This document shows, piece after piece, positions 1-15,071 of a stretch of DNA of 64,000 nt. Below the pieces are notes generated by a model. It saw nothing but the letters and a program-made list of their open reading frames with translations. It was not told the origin of the DNA and searched no databases. Origin of the DNA: Eledone cirrhosa (Eukaryota); the NCBI GenBank assembly GCA_964016885.1, contig OZ024751.1, forward strand, positions 6,324,001-6,388,000, given 5' to 3'. Made by a program: the position numbers and the translations under genes. The number at the start of each line of letters is the position of its first letter. The first letter of the stretch is position 1.

Positions 1-155
1 TAAAAATTCTAATTTAGTCCAGAAAAAAATAGCCGTCGAAACAGCCTGAGCTCTGCCGTCGGGGTTATACTTTTTCCTATTTCCCACTCTACTACCCTAA
101 GTATTGAGTACTCTGGTGCGTTATGGTCAATCTGGTTCCTTACCACACTTTCTTG
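1..155. mobile_element. PLE pseudo-LTR fragment (same family as termini at 50075-50260 and 52270-52375)
   Basis: taaaaattctaatttagtccag...tagccgtcgaaac...ctctgccgtcggggttatac matches 52302-52372 directly and 50080-50230 in reverse complement. Confidence 0.7.
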
Positions 156-265
156 GTTATATGTATATATATATAAATACATAGTATATATACAGAGCTT
201 TTGACAACAACTGGTGATATACAAGTAAGTAAATATTTTCCTTATCTGATAATTTGTAACTAACC

Positions 266-329
<64 letters not shown>

Positions 330-417
330 GGTGTTGGATGCTTAAAGCGTCCGTCTGCGGTAGGCCGTTTGAGCACTCTATGCTCTCACAGAGCAGAGTA
401 TTTAATCGCAAAAAAGG

Positions 418-645
418 AGAATCAGTGTGTGACGAATGGAATTTATTGGACATATTACAATCGTTTCTCTGGCAACCAGCTCGAGTCACGATCGATGAGA
501 TGATCGAATCAAGACGTATCTGAGGACCTTGCGATTTTCAGAGCCAGGTTCGATCATCACATCGATCGTGCCTTGAGCTGGTTGCAAGCGAAACGATTGT
601 AATATGTCCAATAAATTCAATCCCTCGCAACACTGATTCTCTTTT
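418..645. repeat. Imperfect inverted repeat (~90-bp arms), probable solo PLE terminus
   Basis: 418-510 (agaatcagtg...atttattggacatattacaatcgtttc...gatcgatgagatgatcgaa) is the reverse complement of ~549-645. Confidence 0.75.
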
Positions 646-1379
646 TATTTTGTGATATATATATATATATATCAAAATAGTGTTATCTCACTTGGAGTTC
701 GGAACTGGAACATATCGATGTGGTTCGTGGGTTGTTGGTATGATAAGGAGAATCGCCCTATTACAGGGCGATATAATTGGAGTACACCATCATTCATATG
801 GACTATCATACATGTAAGGCTGCATTACTGCTAACCAACGTTTCTTGTCACAGACTCATGCTTGCAAACTCACTTGATCTGCATGTACACCCCCTTTTGG
901 ACTGCTTGCGCTTAGATGCATCCACGCTTTGCTTTGTCTTATGTTTTTTTTTTTTTGGGGGGGGGGGTCCTGAATTTTTGTTTATTAATTGTTTTGTATT
1001 TTTGTATTTATCTCTTCTCTTATCCCTGTATTTTTGTAATGTTTTATTCTATTTTTTTATATATATTTTTTTGTTATTTTCTTTTATTTTCTTGTATATT
1101 CTGATTGTTTCTGATCATGTTGAGTAATATCCTCACTCATCCCTTGCTACCCTCTCCCAAGCTCTTTATCATCTATTGCACCATATAAGTGATAGATTTT
1201 TGGTGTAAATTTTAATTTTTAATTTTTAAAATTTTAAGAAATTTTATGACATTATGTGCACGATATAGTATGTCTTTTTCCATATAGCGGTAGTCTCAGC
1301 AACCCCTGCTGGTCATTTAACCTTGTTATGGTGACGCAGGTCGAGAGAGCATGCAACTACTGATATACTCATGTTTATA

Positions 1380-1426
1380 AGCTCTGAAGATTCCTGCCAT
1401 GGTGTATGGATGAAATACTGTTAGCT
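1380..1426 (+). ncRNA. Type I hammerhead ribozyme motif (partly degenerate)
   Basis: agct-CTGAAGA-ttcc...ggat-GAAA-tactg-TT-agct, followed by aataaa; stem I agct/agct. Confidence 0.55.
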
Positions 1427-1518
1427 AATAAAACTATGTATTTATAAGCACTCTTTGGTTATTCCTATAAATATATATATTTATATATGTCTGGGCACAT
1501 TGATATATTTTTCAACGA

Positions 1519-1554
<36 letters not shown>

Positions 1555-1558
<4 letters not shown>

Positions 1559-2910
1559 GGATTTAAATGGATACATTTCAGTAAAAGGAATTTATTGACA
1601 CGTGTTTCAATAACAGTTATATAACCTGAAAACAGCTGCTATCTACAAAGTTTTAACTATGCAGACACTCTGGTCTGATTAAACAGTTTCATAAATTGAA
1701 TGAAAATCTCAAGTACGTGAATGTTGGGTCTAACCACCCCATCTCTATAATTAAATCTATCCCTAAAAATATTTCCCTTAGAATCTCGGGTCTATCTTCT
1801 AACGTACAAGTATTTAAGGAACACGCCGAGTACTACGATAACGCCCTTAGTAAAGCAGGCTACCTCAACAAAATAGAATATATAGATAAAAACAATCAAA
1901 ACACCCAAAATAAATCCCACATAGGTACAAATAATAGCACAACACCAAACCACACTTACTACCATAGTGTATACACCAATAAACCAACAAACAAAACTAA
2001 TGAAAACGATGCAAAGAGTACTTATGGTATAACCCTGAATACAATAGTTCCATTAGTACAAATTTACCAGTACTCTTCTTTAAAATAGTTAGGAAACATT
2101 TTCCTACATCACACAAATACCACAAAATCCTAAAACCTACCACTATAAGACTGTCATACTCTACAGCGCTAAACCTTGAACAACACATAAAAAAGATTAA
2201 TACTAGAAGGTTAAACGAAAACACTAACAACTTAAGTACAAAGAGCACAAAAAAAACAGTAGACAATACACTACAGAACATAAATAAACCACACCTATGT
2301 TCGTCCGCAATACTACTCCAGAGTGAACCTAACTACAAAACCAACGTACACAACTGTAACGGCAACATCGTTTAAATCTCGATTATATCGGCATTCTTAC
2401 TCAATAAAACACCAGAGCCAAAGAAATGTAACAACTTTAGCAGAAAAAGCTTGGACGTTCAGGGATAGCGATCAAAAGTTTACCCTAAAATGGGAGAAAT
2501 TAGCTAAAACCCAAAGCTTGTCCAGGAGCCAAAATTTCTGCAAATTATGTAATCTTGAGATTTATTACATAATCACACACAAGAAGAAATTTGCTTAATA
2601 ACAGAATTGAACGAACATTATTCTGCCGACACCGAACTAAAACCCTTTTTTCCCACTACAAGCAGAATATTACATAAACGAGGGACATTCTCCCAACTAT
2701 ACAAATCCTCAATCTAGTTAGAAAAATATAAAAACAATCTCTTCTCAACATATATATGTACTATTAATAACCTTAAATTATCACACTAATAATGGATAAA
2801 TATGCTGGTGAGAATAGGTGCGAATATGCTATAATGAATGTGTCTAAAAGCGACTATATAAATGTATATATGTGAAAATGTATATAAATAAGTAAATAAG
2901 TGGGTGAATG

Positions 2911-2942
<32 letters not shown>

Positions 2943-3790
2943 TATATGTTTGATGTGTATAGTTAAATGTATGTGTATTCATGTATATGTGTATTTATAT
3001 ATATACAGATATATACAAATGGACAAGAGTATGTATGTATATATGTGTGTGTCTATATGTGTGTATATGAAGATAAGTAGAGTATAAACGTGTATATACA
3101 TGAATGCGTATGTATGTACACATATATATATGTATATATATATATGTATATATGTGTACAGGTATATATGTATGTAAGTATGAGCATGTAAGTATGTGTA
3201 TGTGAGTGTATGTATTTGTAGAGGTGTACATATATGTATGTGTGTGAATGTGTATGGGTTTTATTTAAAAAAATAAGTATTTATACGCATATATTTATGT
3301 GTGGGCGAACGGATACATACACTTGAAAGAAAAATTTAAGTCTGTATGCGAATTAAGTGCAAACACAAAACCAACCATGCATATCTTTAATATCTCTAAT
3401 CCTTCTATAGATTTAGAAAAATAACGAAAACAGCCAACGCCAAATAATGAATATTCTTTAAAAATGTCATAAAAATGTCAAACTCAACTAACAAAATAAC
3501 AGATGGAATCTAATTACCCACTGCTATCAAAAGTTTCTATCCACTCCCTTAACTATTCTTCTAACAACTTCACTCCTCCCTCTTAATATTCTCTATAAAA
3601 ACCAAACAAGTTCTCAATGATATTATTCTGATGAAATAGTTGACAATAACATTGGAATATTGAGTGTCTGCATAGTTAAAACTTTGTAGATAGCAGCTGT
3701 TTTCAGGTTATTTAACTGTTATTGAAACACGTGTCAATAAATTCCTTTTACTGAACTGTATCCATTTAAATCCTTCTATTTTCTCCGGAT
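1555..3790 (+). mobile_element. 5'-truncated Naiad-like Penelope element (RT thumb + GIY-YIG remnant, long 3' UTR) with inverted termini
   Basis: ORF 1696-2088 LKYVNVGSNHP...RISGLSS...YDNALSKAGY; ORF 2323-2598 FKSRLYRH...CKLCNLE; 1555-1675 is an inverted copy of 3660-3780; degenerate CTGATGA core at 3628. Confidence 0.85.
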
Positions 3791-3883
3791 TACTTTTGAA
3801 TCTACAACTGGAACCGTCGAGCAAACCCTACGTGAGCTGTCCATCTACTGTGTATAATATTCATATTACAACACTACGGATAA

Positions 3884-3982
<99 letters not shown>

Positions 3983-4424
3983 CATCTATATACTTATACA
4001 TCTATATATCTATCTATTTATGTGGAACTAGCTTTTGAAACGGCAAGAGCTCAGCTGTCAAGTCCCGACTCTCTATAACATTTCCATACTCTACTCCCCC
4101 AAGTACCAAGTACTCTATTTAGTAATGTTCTAATCAGTTCGAAATTGAATCTATCCTGATCTATATACATATATATAGCCATGTGTGTGTCTGTTTGTGT
4201 GTAGGTCTGATACAATCGGGAGGTTATTCAATATCAATGTAACTGCAGTTAGCTATCAGTGATTCTATATTCAAAGGCATGTTCTCATCAAGTTAATGAT
4301 TTTACATAACTCCCATAATAGTTAATACCTTTCATTTATTAACTTTTGTGTTCTAATTCTAGTAAATAAGTAATTGTATACATTGTATACATAAATATTA
4401 TATGTCGGCGAGTAATTTTTGGCA

Positions 4425-4625
4425 CTGTTATTAATATGAAATCGTGTGTTGAAACATATATTGTTATTTTTGAGTAGGGTCATGTTCTAATATAGACAGA
4501 AAAATATAGTAAAACACTCACTGTTTGATTTCGTTTTTGCTTTAGTATATATTTTTATTTCTATAAATAATTTAGCTGGCAATCAATGTTTATCATTGAT
4601 TGACCAACAGTTAAAAAATCTAGAT
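4425..4625 (-). mobile_element. PLE terminal module (shared with 16920-17140, 55860-55995 and Nematis-like pLTR ends)
   Basis: gaaatcgtgtgttgaaac...ttgttat...agggtcatgtt and ctggcaatcaatgtttatcattgattgaccaac recur at 16946-17130. Confidence 0.6.
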
Positions 4626-4629
4626 ATAG

Positions 4630-5150
4630 TTTCTCAGAATATAGATTTTTGAGATCGGCTGGATGTTTATCTATCAGAAGGAGAAAATTATGAGGAAGAG
4701 AAAGAAGATAAACTTCTGTATTAAATTTGCACAGATTCGAAATATTTAGAATCACGGCAATATAATAAATTAAAGTGTAAGCTGATGTAAGTAAATAATT
4801 CGCCTCATAATTTAAGCTCACCTTATGTATTGGATAAAGATCATGTCAGACAGATTAACGTAGAGTAAAATATTGGTTGAAAATTTGTCAAAAGCAGCTA
4901 TTCATGCAAGAATAGTGTTATTTATCCAGAAATCAGTATATTCGCATGTCATATCGATTTGTCTCAAACCATTTGAATGGTGCTATTTCCTTATTGTCAC
5001 TAGGATAAATCATCTCGTATAGATTACAAAAAATCTTTAACTCACAGTAGAAATTGCTAGAAATGAAATCCTATTTCTACCATATTTAATGTAGGCTCAA
5101 TATAAATTAGAGAAACATACATCTGTTAATTGGTTTCATCTATTATAGGA
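4630..5150 (-). pseudogene. Possible highly decayed PLE RT remnant
   Basis: Minus strand shows xRDD-like, FLD and LLYVN fragments in PLE order, but heavily disrupted. Confidence 0.3.
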
Positions 5151-5191
5151 ATTAAAATATTGCACGTTTAGTATGTATATGTGTATATATG

Positions 5192-5287
<96 letters not shown>

Positions 5288-5840
5288 ATATATATATGTA
5301 TATATATTTAAGAGTTAAACAAGATTCAATGAGTACATCAAAGAATGAGTTTTACAATAGACTGGAAGCACTCTACTGTAAAATATTTTCCAGATACCCA
5401 TCAACTTTTAAAACCTATAATTTGATTATTTACCCTGAAATAACATAAATTAAATATTTTGAAAATTAACAGCCAACACTATATGAATATGTGTAGGTAG
5501 AAACTTGAGCATAAATTACTCCCCTTTGTCTTTCTCTCTCTCTTTATTTATCTTTCATTTGTCTTCTGAAGCTAAATACTAAATAGGTTATAACATCAGC
5601 TACGTCTTCCTCTATGCTTTCCTCTCCTGCATATTTCTCTAGTAGTTTTTTTCTATAACTGTTACATTGATGCCATGTATTTCTTAAAATATATAACTCA
5701 CACTCTCTCTATTGATTGTATTACGTTCTCTCATGTTCTCAATATTAGGGTATAAATATTGAGTTTTCTCATAAGTTAATCACTACGTTGATTAAATCTT
5801 AACCATCTACTATGTCAGGGTATGTCATGTATCATTTTAT

Positions 5841-5899
5841 TTTATCTGATGTGGACGTACTGTTGAACTTAATTCAGTACCTCTGAAATATGTATAATA
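5841..5899 (+). ncRNA. Type I hammerhead motif, A9>U core variant
   Basis: tttat-CTGATGT-ggacgtactg...cagtacctct-GAAA-tatgta-TA-ataa. Confidence 0.55.
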
Positions 5900-5950
5900 A
5901 CATTTAATTGATCACAAGAATATCTATTTTGTTAATATTTGGAATTAATG

Positions 5951-6066
<116 letters not shown>

Positions 6067-6100
6067 GTGTGTGTGTGTGTGTTATATGTGAGTGTGTGTG

Positions 6101-6216
<116 letters not shown>

Positions 6217-6360
6217 CCAAAGATTACTATGGTTCATTGATTACTCATTGAATATAGTTTTACAATAGATTAAAACCACTCTACAGTGAAGTTTTCTGGT
6301 GTTATTAATATTATTCAAAATATTAATAAATGAAGACGTTCACATAATCATAATTATATG

Positions 6361-6422
6361 TTTTATTATATATATTTCGGAGGTACTGTGCTGTTTTTTC
6401 AGTACGTCCTCATCCGATAAAA
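6361..6422 (-). ncRNA. Type I hammerhead motif, U4>G core variant, in 3' pLTR of the Naiad-like PLE
   Basis: Reverse complement reads ttttat-CGGATGA-ggacgtactg...cagtacctcc-GAAA-tatata-TA-ataaaa. Confidence 0.6.
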
Positions 6423-9106
6423 TATATGAATTGATGTATGACATACCTCAACTGTCTTGATGGTTCAATTCCAGTCTTGGCAGTGATTTATTACATATCT
6501 CAATATTTATATAAACAAATAATAACATGATAAACTTACATATGATGAAGAAGATGTGGAGCGAGATATAAATATAACGAGGAGGTGAGTATGAGAAAAT
6601 GTAAGAAGAAATAAATAAATACATACGTACATAAATATTTAAATATTTAAATGCGTAAATATCCGTGTTAGGGAAGAAAAGGAAGAGCGAGAGAGATAGA
6701 TAGAAGAGAAGAAAGAAGAAGAGAGAAAAAAGAAGTGAAGATAGAAGAAGGAGAGAGAGATAGAAGAGAGAAAAGGGAAGACGTAACTGCAAAAAGGAAA
6801 GAATGAAAGAAAGAAGAACGGGACATGATGCGTGGCCGTTGTTTTCAAATATTAAGTCAAATAGAAGCGACCAATTAAATACTGTGAATTTTTAATATCT
6901 TTTGTATTTGGTTATGTTTGAGTTAATAATACTAATATATTATATCAAAATTAAACAATATAAAAATATTTTCTATAATAATCAGAAGCATAGTTCAATT
7001 AATAAATATATTTAATATTTTATTAAAAAATTCAAAAATCAAAAACATTGTTACCTATCAAGCAAGTTTACAAACATATTAAATATGTATAAGGATATTT
7101 ACCACACCTGATTCGCATATCACCATCAGTATATGCATGTTATATAATGTTTAGAATTATTATCTGAATTATCATTTTATATTATAAATAGTTGTCATTT
7201 ACTTATATGATTAATAATTAGTTATATTTACTCTTGAATGTATTATAATTTCGATTTTAATTCCGTAACTGTATCATAATATCATAATATATGTAGTTTC
7301 CCTTTAAGGATTAGTATTATAAATCATGTTAAATATACATTATTAGTCCATTTGGATAGAACGAAAATTATATACGAAGAATGTAAACAAATAGAGGTAA
7401 TCCATATGTGATCATTTATATTAACTAAGTGCTTTGAAAGCCAGAAGATATTTCAAACCGCAAATTCCGATAATTCTAGTTATACAATGACCATTCTAAA
7501 ACCGAACTTAGGATATTAAGTCACATCATGAGATTAATTTACTATATAAAAAAAAAACGATATACAATTTGTAAGGTAAGGCAAAACATTATATATTTAA
7601 TAATAATAATATTTCAAGAATTATTAATAATAGTCAATATTTGTTTCATTCTTAGTCAGTATATGTTTCTAAATTTGTATGATGCTTGAAATGTCTTTCC
7701 AGATTTATGGAGACAAGTTGCAAATAATTCGTTCTTTTTATTAATTAAATTACCATAATTGGTTATTATTAATAAACTTTCTAAATTGCAAAGATTGCAG
7801 TTTGGTGAAATGGAAGCGTTTCGATAGGAATCAGAATACCTAAGTTTACACCAAGAAATTGAGTATTTAATATTTTTCTCTTTTAAAGACCATATTAATT
7901 GTGATAACGAAGTAGAATTTGAGAAAAAATGTTTACGATTGGAAAAGCGAAACTTAAAGTTCGATGAAGTGGCACCTATGTAGTTATAAGTATTATTATT
8001 ATTTGTCTTAATGGTACATTTATATACTAAATTCTTATCAAGGCCATTATTTTGTAAAGGACACTCAGATTTCCTTCTACAGTTACAGTTAAATTCCCTG
8101 TTATTTCTATAACCTAAACTATTCATATTATCATTGTTATTATTTCTAGGCGTTCTACTATTATTCGTATTTAAACTATCGTTATTGTTATTCACATTAA
8201 CTACTGTATTATTATTATTGTTATTATCGCTCCTTATATGCTGGTTCAAATTAGGAATTTTGCTATTAATTTTTGCAATATTTTGAGCAATATTAATAGT
8301 TGTTGAATAAGAGAGTTTAACTTGTATCTATTGAAGATAGAGTAATACTTATGTGATCTATGGAAACATTTATCCAAGGGTTTAAATAATAAATGTGTTA
8401 AAGGTGTTTTAATAGCTAAATATGCTGGTGGGCAATACCAAATTATTGATCTAGTCCTAATTTTTTACTCGATTTATTCTCCAAGTTGTTACTTTTACAG
8501 TCAGTTTTATTTTTATTATTATTATGAATGTTGTGTTTATAATTAATATTATTTTTTTCTACATATTCAATATTATTTTTATATCCTGCTTTATGTAACG
8601 CTTCATTATAATATCCAGCTTTACTATTAAAATGGATCTGTTAGCAGATAGTCTGGATATTCGTTGTTGGACACTATTGAGAATTGCATTTTTAACAATT
8701 TTAGGATGATTAGAGTAAAAGCTAACATAATTTAGAGTTTCATTGAATTTATGGAAGGGGTAATAAAGGCCTGATTTTAAATTAATGGTTACGTTTAAAA
8801 AGTTAACTATTTTATTGTTATTTTCTACTTCTAATTTCAGGTCGTAATTTTTAAAGAATTCTATAATTACTTTCTTTACTCTATTTAATTCGCTATTATT
8901 ATGTCTAACTACAGTAAATAATATGTCATCTCTATATAAACCACCGGTAATCTCCGGCATGTTTCTATTTGTCATAATAAGGATGAAAATTCCCACAAGA
9001 TCGGTAACTTGCGCAGAATCGGACGAGCCCATAGTAATGTCGAAATTGTTCTGCCTATCCGAACGAGTCCAAAAATCATTATTAAAGTCAAATAATTGCC
9101 GTTAAA

Positions 9107-9202
9107 ATAATTGTTTCTACTTTTGGCACAAGGCCAGAAATTACCCAGTGCATTACTGGTACTTTATTTTATCGACCCCCGTAAGGATGAAAGGCAAAGT
9201 TA
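9107..9202 (-). mobile_element. SINE fragment (Nin/Deu-domain-like tRNA SINE family)
   Basis: ttgtttctacttttggcacaaggccag...ctggtactttattttatcgacccc..aaggatgaaaggcaaagttaa; six copies in the window. Confidence 0.8.
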
Positions 9203-9314
9203 AATAATAATTACCAATTATGGTAATTTAATTAATAAAAAGAACGAATTATTTGCAACTTGTCTCCATAAATCTGGAAAGACATTTCAAGCATCATACA
9301 AATTTTGAAAAAAA

Positions 9315-11222
9315 CAACTTCATTACTGATTGCTGGAATGGGACTGGATCAACGGTATTCTGTTATCATTATACAAAGATAAAGGTGAAAAATGGATATG
9401 TGGAAACTATCGTGACATCACTTTGTTGGAAGCTGTTGGCCAGGTTCTCGCAAGATTTTGCTCAACAGATTGGAGGAGGATACCTGTCCTATAGCTATCC
9501 CAGAATCACAGAGTGGATTTAGAGGAGGAAGGGGAACAGTTGACATGATTTTCTCTGTTAGACAAATACAAGAAAAATGCATTGAGCATTGTGTCCTTCT
9601 ATATCAAGTCTTTGTCGACCTAATGAATGCCTTTGACACAGTTAAGAGATGCGCTCTGGATAATACTTGGAAAAGTAGTAAATCCACCCAAGTTTGTGAG
9701 TATGCTAAAGCAGCTCCACAGAAATATGAAAGCACGGGTTTCCTTCAATGGTGAACTATCTGGGGGAATCCCAATTGACAACGGGGTAAAGCAAGGTAAT
9801 ATACCAGCTCCTACGCTTTTCTCCATCTTCTTTGCTGCCTTGCTCATACATGCTTTCCATGATTGTGACACAGGCATTCTCTTACGCTTCAGAACCACTG
9901 GAAAGCTTTTCAATTTAAGAAGGTTTAATACCAAGACAAAAGTTTTTCAAACTGTGATCAGAGACCTTCTTTACCGCGACGACGCTGACTTCCTAGCACA
10001 CACAGAACATGACATGCAACACATGATGGTCCGTTTCTCACCCTCGTGTACATCATTTGGGCTTACGATCATACTTAAAAAGACCAAAGTAATGTTTACC
10101 CCTGATCCTTGAGAACCATATGCTGAACCCAATATCATGGTTGATGGAACCAGGTTGGGAGTATTAGATAAATTTGTCTATTTTGGTAGCATACTCTCAA
10201 ATGATGGCTCATTGGATGCTGAAATACATCTGCGAATCCAGAAGGCCTATGTTGCCATCGAAAAATTTGAAAAGAAAATTTGGGCAAATCGCAACATTAC
10301 CAACAATACCAAGGTGTGTGTGTATAGATCATGTGTTCCGTGTGTTCTTTTATACTCCGCCGAAACCTAGATGCTATTCCGCAAACACATCAAATTGCTT
10401 GAACGTTTTCAGCAGAAATGTTTATGGCGCATATTCAACATCAAGTGGAAAGACAGAACTGCTGACATCCATATCCTTATCAAAGCAGAATACCCAAGCA
10501 TTGAGTTGCAAGTAACCTCTTCTCAAATGCGCTGGACGTGACATATCGTCCGCGTGAAAGAAAGCAGGATCCTGAAGCAACTGTTTTACGGTGAGCTCCA
10601 TCTTGGAAAAAGGCCTCAACACAAACCAAAAATGAGGTTCAGGGACAGCATCAAGAACAACCTCAAAGAGCTGGAATTTGTTATATACAACTGGGAGGAG
10701 ACAGCTCTAAATAGGGCTAAGTGGAGAAAGCACATAAATAGCAGTTGCAAAACCTTTGAAGAATGTCGACTAGAACATAAACAACTGAAGCGTCTGCTCC
10801 GGAAGTGCTGTGTTCACATTCTTGATGAAGTCAATAGTAGTTGGACATACAATTTCTGTCATCGTGTACTCCTCTCAAAGGTTGGTTATGTTAATCACCT
10901 GAAGTCACATGAAAGGATAACAACCTGCATCACAACTCAACAAAGACCTGGCGAAACAACGTGCGTGATATGCAACGAAGTGTGTAGAACAATTCTGTAC
11001 TAAAAAAGCACATGGTGGTAAATACAGATTGTGTCCCACAGGGTGGACCCACCAGTCCTGTGGAAAGCACAACTCTCTTCTGTCCCATGTGTCGTAAACC
11101 AATCAGATGTACAGTTGGCCTACAAAGTCATCTACGAAGTCATGGACGCAGATGAGATGATAACGAAGAATAAATAAGAGAAGGCAATCGTGTGTGAAGA
11201 CACTGCAATCCTCATGTGTGTA
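9315..11222 (+). mobile_element. RTE-clade LINE, 5'-truncated pseudogene (RT + C-terminal C2H2-like fingers)
   Basis: PESQSGFRGGRGTVDMIF, VFVDL, GVKQG, LLYRDD (YADD), FVYFGS, LLYSAET, KQLFYGEL..GKRP, C..C...H; several frameshifts/stops. Confidence 0.92.
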
Positions 11223-11456
11223 TGTATGTACTTCTGGTTTTATGATTTCACACATTTTTCCCATTAGAGAGAGAGAGTCGGTTTCTAACATAGACACAAA
11301 TCTCTCTCATTGGAATTTACACAACATCAACTAGGTATATTATGTATGCATGCATGTGTAGATATGGATGTTATTGTGTGTGTGGATGTGTATATTTTGA
11401 GTTGTATGCGTGCATGTAGCTGTACATGCTTTGTATCTGTACATGTGTATATGCAG

Positions 11457-12980
11457 TTATTAGATGCAAAATATTTGGAAAGTTTTACATATTTTTACTG
11501 TTCCATTAATGGATTGTACTTGTAATTTCCTAACTAGTTGTGTTCTTTCTGTTCCTGTGAAGCCTAGCTTCTCAAGATTTGTATTGAGGCAGTTACTAAC
11601 ATAACCCAGTGCCACAATAATCACAGGCATAAATCTGAAGGTGTATTCAGAGTGGAGTATCTGCAGATTTCTCATCAGTTCTGCATAAATATTCTACTTT
11701 TCACTAATCTTTGCTATTATATTGGCATCTACTGGGCAGGTAATTTCCACTACTGTGGATGCTTTATTCTCCCTGTCCAATATTATAATATCTGGTCTGT
11801 TATGCCTGCATATTATTGGGGGTTTTACTGGAACATTCCACCAGTACTCTTTCATATTATGTACATGGATGTCTTCCACATTGATGTAGCTTTTAAAGTG
11901 TTTATTATCGGGGCTATCATTTTCACGGATTGTATTGTACAGTGTTTTGGCCACTACATCATGCCTCATAGGTAGATAGTACCGCGATGACATCTTTGGA
12001 TAGCTGATGATGACATGGGTGATATCTTCGATGTTAGTTCTGCAGAGTCAGCACATGTTATCACATCTAGGTGTTTTGCCTGCATCCCTATCTCTTTTGT
12101 GAATCAGGTATTTCGTATTTATTTCCTGTTCTTGGATTGCAAAACCGTACCTTTCAAAGTCGGAGCCAATATAGCGGTTGTTGGTCCAAGATAGACTACT
12201 TTCCTTATCTATATTACTCTCACTCTGGAGCTTCCTGGCAATATATCCATGCATGATTTTTTGCTGATAAGCATGCAGTTTTTCATCCATGGATTCACTG
12301 CGATACTGCTGAGCGACTTCCCTGGGTGTGAGTTTTTGATTATCACACAGGGAATATCTCTCGATGAGTTCCTTCCCAACTCTCATGATCTTATCTGTTT
12401 AATGCTGATATACTTGCTCGAGAAACGGGCTCCTACCCTCGAGGTTCGTAGATGTTGTCGGAGGAATATGATGCGACATTCAAATTCTCCCTGGACTGAT
12501 ATTAGACCTCTGACCCCCCCCCCTGCTTACGTTTCAAGTAAAGGCGGTCTATGTCACTGTTGATGTGGAAGTTTCCGGTGTTGTTTAGTATTTTTCGAGT
12601 TCCAACATCAACTGCTCGGATTTCGTCTATCGTCCAATTGAGTATTCCACAGCAAACAGATTGTGAGCCACTGTTTTGTTTTGCGCAGAGAGTTCCGTTG
12701 ACCAGATCTTTCTTTCTTAATCGGGTGTAGTATTCCCTGGCTACGCGTTCCTTATTACAGATACCATTATAGGATATGTTCTCATCTATCTCCAGGTATC
12801 TGTAGCAGTCCTCATCAGATATCGGTGAAACAGTTAGGCCATTGATGACAATGTTGCTAGATTGGGTTGTTGTTTTTCCCCGCTTTAGAGTCATATATGA
12901 GCATTTATCTTGGACAAACTACATTCTTCTATCCTTTAAGAACGTTGTAACCAGGTGAAGATTTTTCTTCATCCGATCCA
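11457..12980 (-). mobile_element. R4/Dong-like (restriction-like endonuclease) non-LTR retrotransposon 3' portion
   Basis: YRYL, DIDRLYLKRKQGG, FAIQEQEINTKY, CCHC remnant, RHDVV, NRPDI...VEITCP (PD-(D/E)xK-type RLE). Confidence 0.8.
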
Positions 12981-13044
12981 TGTATGTATGACTGTCTGTC
13001 TGAATTTGCAATGCTTGCTGCATGTTTGGTAATATAATATTCGA

Positions 13045-13230
13045 TACTTGTTTCTACTTTTGGCACAAGGCCAACAATTATCCATTACATTACTGGTACC
13101 TTATTTTATCGACCCCGTAAAGATGAAAGCCAAAGTTAACCTCGGCAGGATTTGAACTCAGACCATAAAGGGCCGTAACTCTTTGCTACAAAGCATGGCG
13201 TCCGACCCTCTACTGATACTGCCAATCCAC
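13045..13230 (-). mobile_element. SINE (full-length, tRNA-like head)
   Basis: Same family as 9107; head with B-box-like gagttcaaatcc on the minus strand. Confidence 0.85.
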
Positions 13231-13400
13231 TAATGATAGACAGATAGATTTCAAGCATTTAGTATACAGAACTTCAATTATCTACCTGAAAATCTATATA
13301 CTACTAAAGCTCTGTGATTGTGTCTTGTCTGTAATTTAATAGAGCTAAAAATAATACTGTGTTTTTCCTGGGACTTTCATAAATAGAGATAGATAGATAT

Positions 13401-13536
<136 letters not shown>

Positions 13537-14132
13537 GTTGTGAGAGAGTAGATTGAAAGAGAGACATGTCCGCGTATATTTTAATTATCTAACTATTATT
13601 TTTAAGTAAACTTGATTTTTAAAAAAAATGTTTAATGAACGTGAGCAAACAGATGAAGGGTGGTCTAGTATCGTCTAAAGGCATAACTTATATCAGATGG
13701 AATTATATAATTTGTGACATCTTGATAATCTATTTTAATAACCTGATACGATAAAATTATAACGCATAGATATAAGACTGGCGTTCAATTTCGTAGCAAC
13801 TTTCAGATGAAAGACCACAACCAATTGCAAAGTGAAGAAAACACAATCTTATAAAATCAAGTTGTAATTCATTTAATTGTATGATACACAGGAAAAATGT
13901 TTCACTAAATCATGGTTATTTTTCTTCATATTTTATTAACAGTGTATACGAGATTATCTTTTCTTATTTTCTGTTCATTTCATATATAATATTTGTTCTG
14001 TTGCAAGTATCTGTACTGAAAGGTATTGTTTGAAGGATTTCATGTAGGTGTTAGCGGTGATGGGAGGCAATATGCCTACTTTCAAAACCTCACTAATATT
14101 GATTATTATAATACGAGTATCTATACATCTAT

Positions 14133-14240
<108 letters not shown>

Positions 14241-14264
14241 ACATACATATATATATATATATAT

Positions 14265-14362
14265 AATTGTTTCTACTTTTGGCACAAGGCCAGCAATTAA
14301 CCAGTAAATTACTAGTACTTTATTTTATCGACTCCATAAGGATGAAAGGCAAAGTTAAATCT
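14265..14362 (-). mobile_element. SINE fragment
   Basis: Same family 3' half. Confidence 0.8.
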
Positions 14363-14364
14363 CA

Positions 14365-14770
14365 GATGAACTGGTCTTGACTTACAGATGTCTGAGGATC
14401 GTACACCTGAGGTACTGTTGGACAGACAGCTCCAGGATGGTGTGCATAGTGTGTGCAGGTCACTACTCCGATATAAGGAAGTACAAACTGAAGTAAAATC
14501 TTAAGTGTGTCAACGTACCTCTTTCTTCGCGTGAAGCCTTGACTGCCAAACGTAAATGGTGGGGAACCGTCTGCCAGGAAGAAAGGACTTTGAGAAATCA
14601 TGTTTAACCCATTTCTGTGAGATAAGATCTGACACCAGAGTCCGGTCCATCATTCAAGCCTGCTCTGTTCAAGATCCTGTCACCTGCGCTAAATACAGAT
14701 TGATGTGTAAATCAGCATCTGGATTGAAGTACCAATGAAGTGAAAAGATTGATGAATCCTCATGCGTCAA
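14365..14770 (+). mobile_element. Decayed 3' end of RTE-like LINE
   Basis: CKSASGLK zinc-finger remnant; ends aatcctcatgcgt, like 11207-11220. Confidence 0.5.
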
Positions 14771-14784
14771 AGTGATGGTAGAGT

Positions 14785-14983
<199 letters not shown>

Positions 14984-15071
14984 CTTATATATATACATAC
15001 ATGGTGGCTGCCAACTCGTTTTCGAGTACGGCCACTACTTTATATACATGTATAATTTTTGGCAAAACAAA

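Larger units (their letters stand above)
6220..9310 (-). mobile_element. Naiad-like Penelope element, 5'-truncated, frameshifted
   Basis: MGSSDSAQVTDLVG, GLYRDD, FLNVTINL, YVSFYSNHP (8559-9032); CNCRRKSECPL, LVYKC, YIGAT, CNLCNLE, NKKNELFATCLHK (7656-8249); inverted copy of the ORF end at ~9203-9307. Confidence 0.9.

Noticed and set aside
549-615. Hammerhead in the 418-645 inverted repeat
   Set aside because: GAAA-cgattg-TA is present, but there is no recognisable CUGANGA core or stem I.
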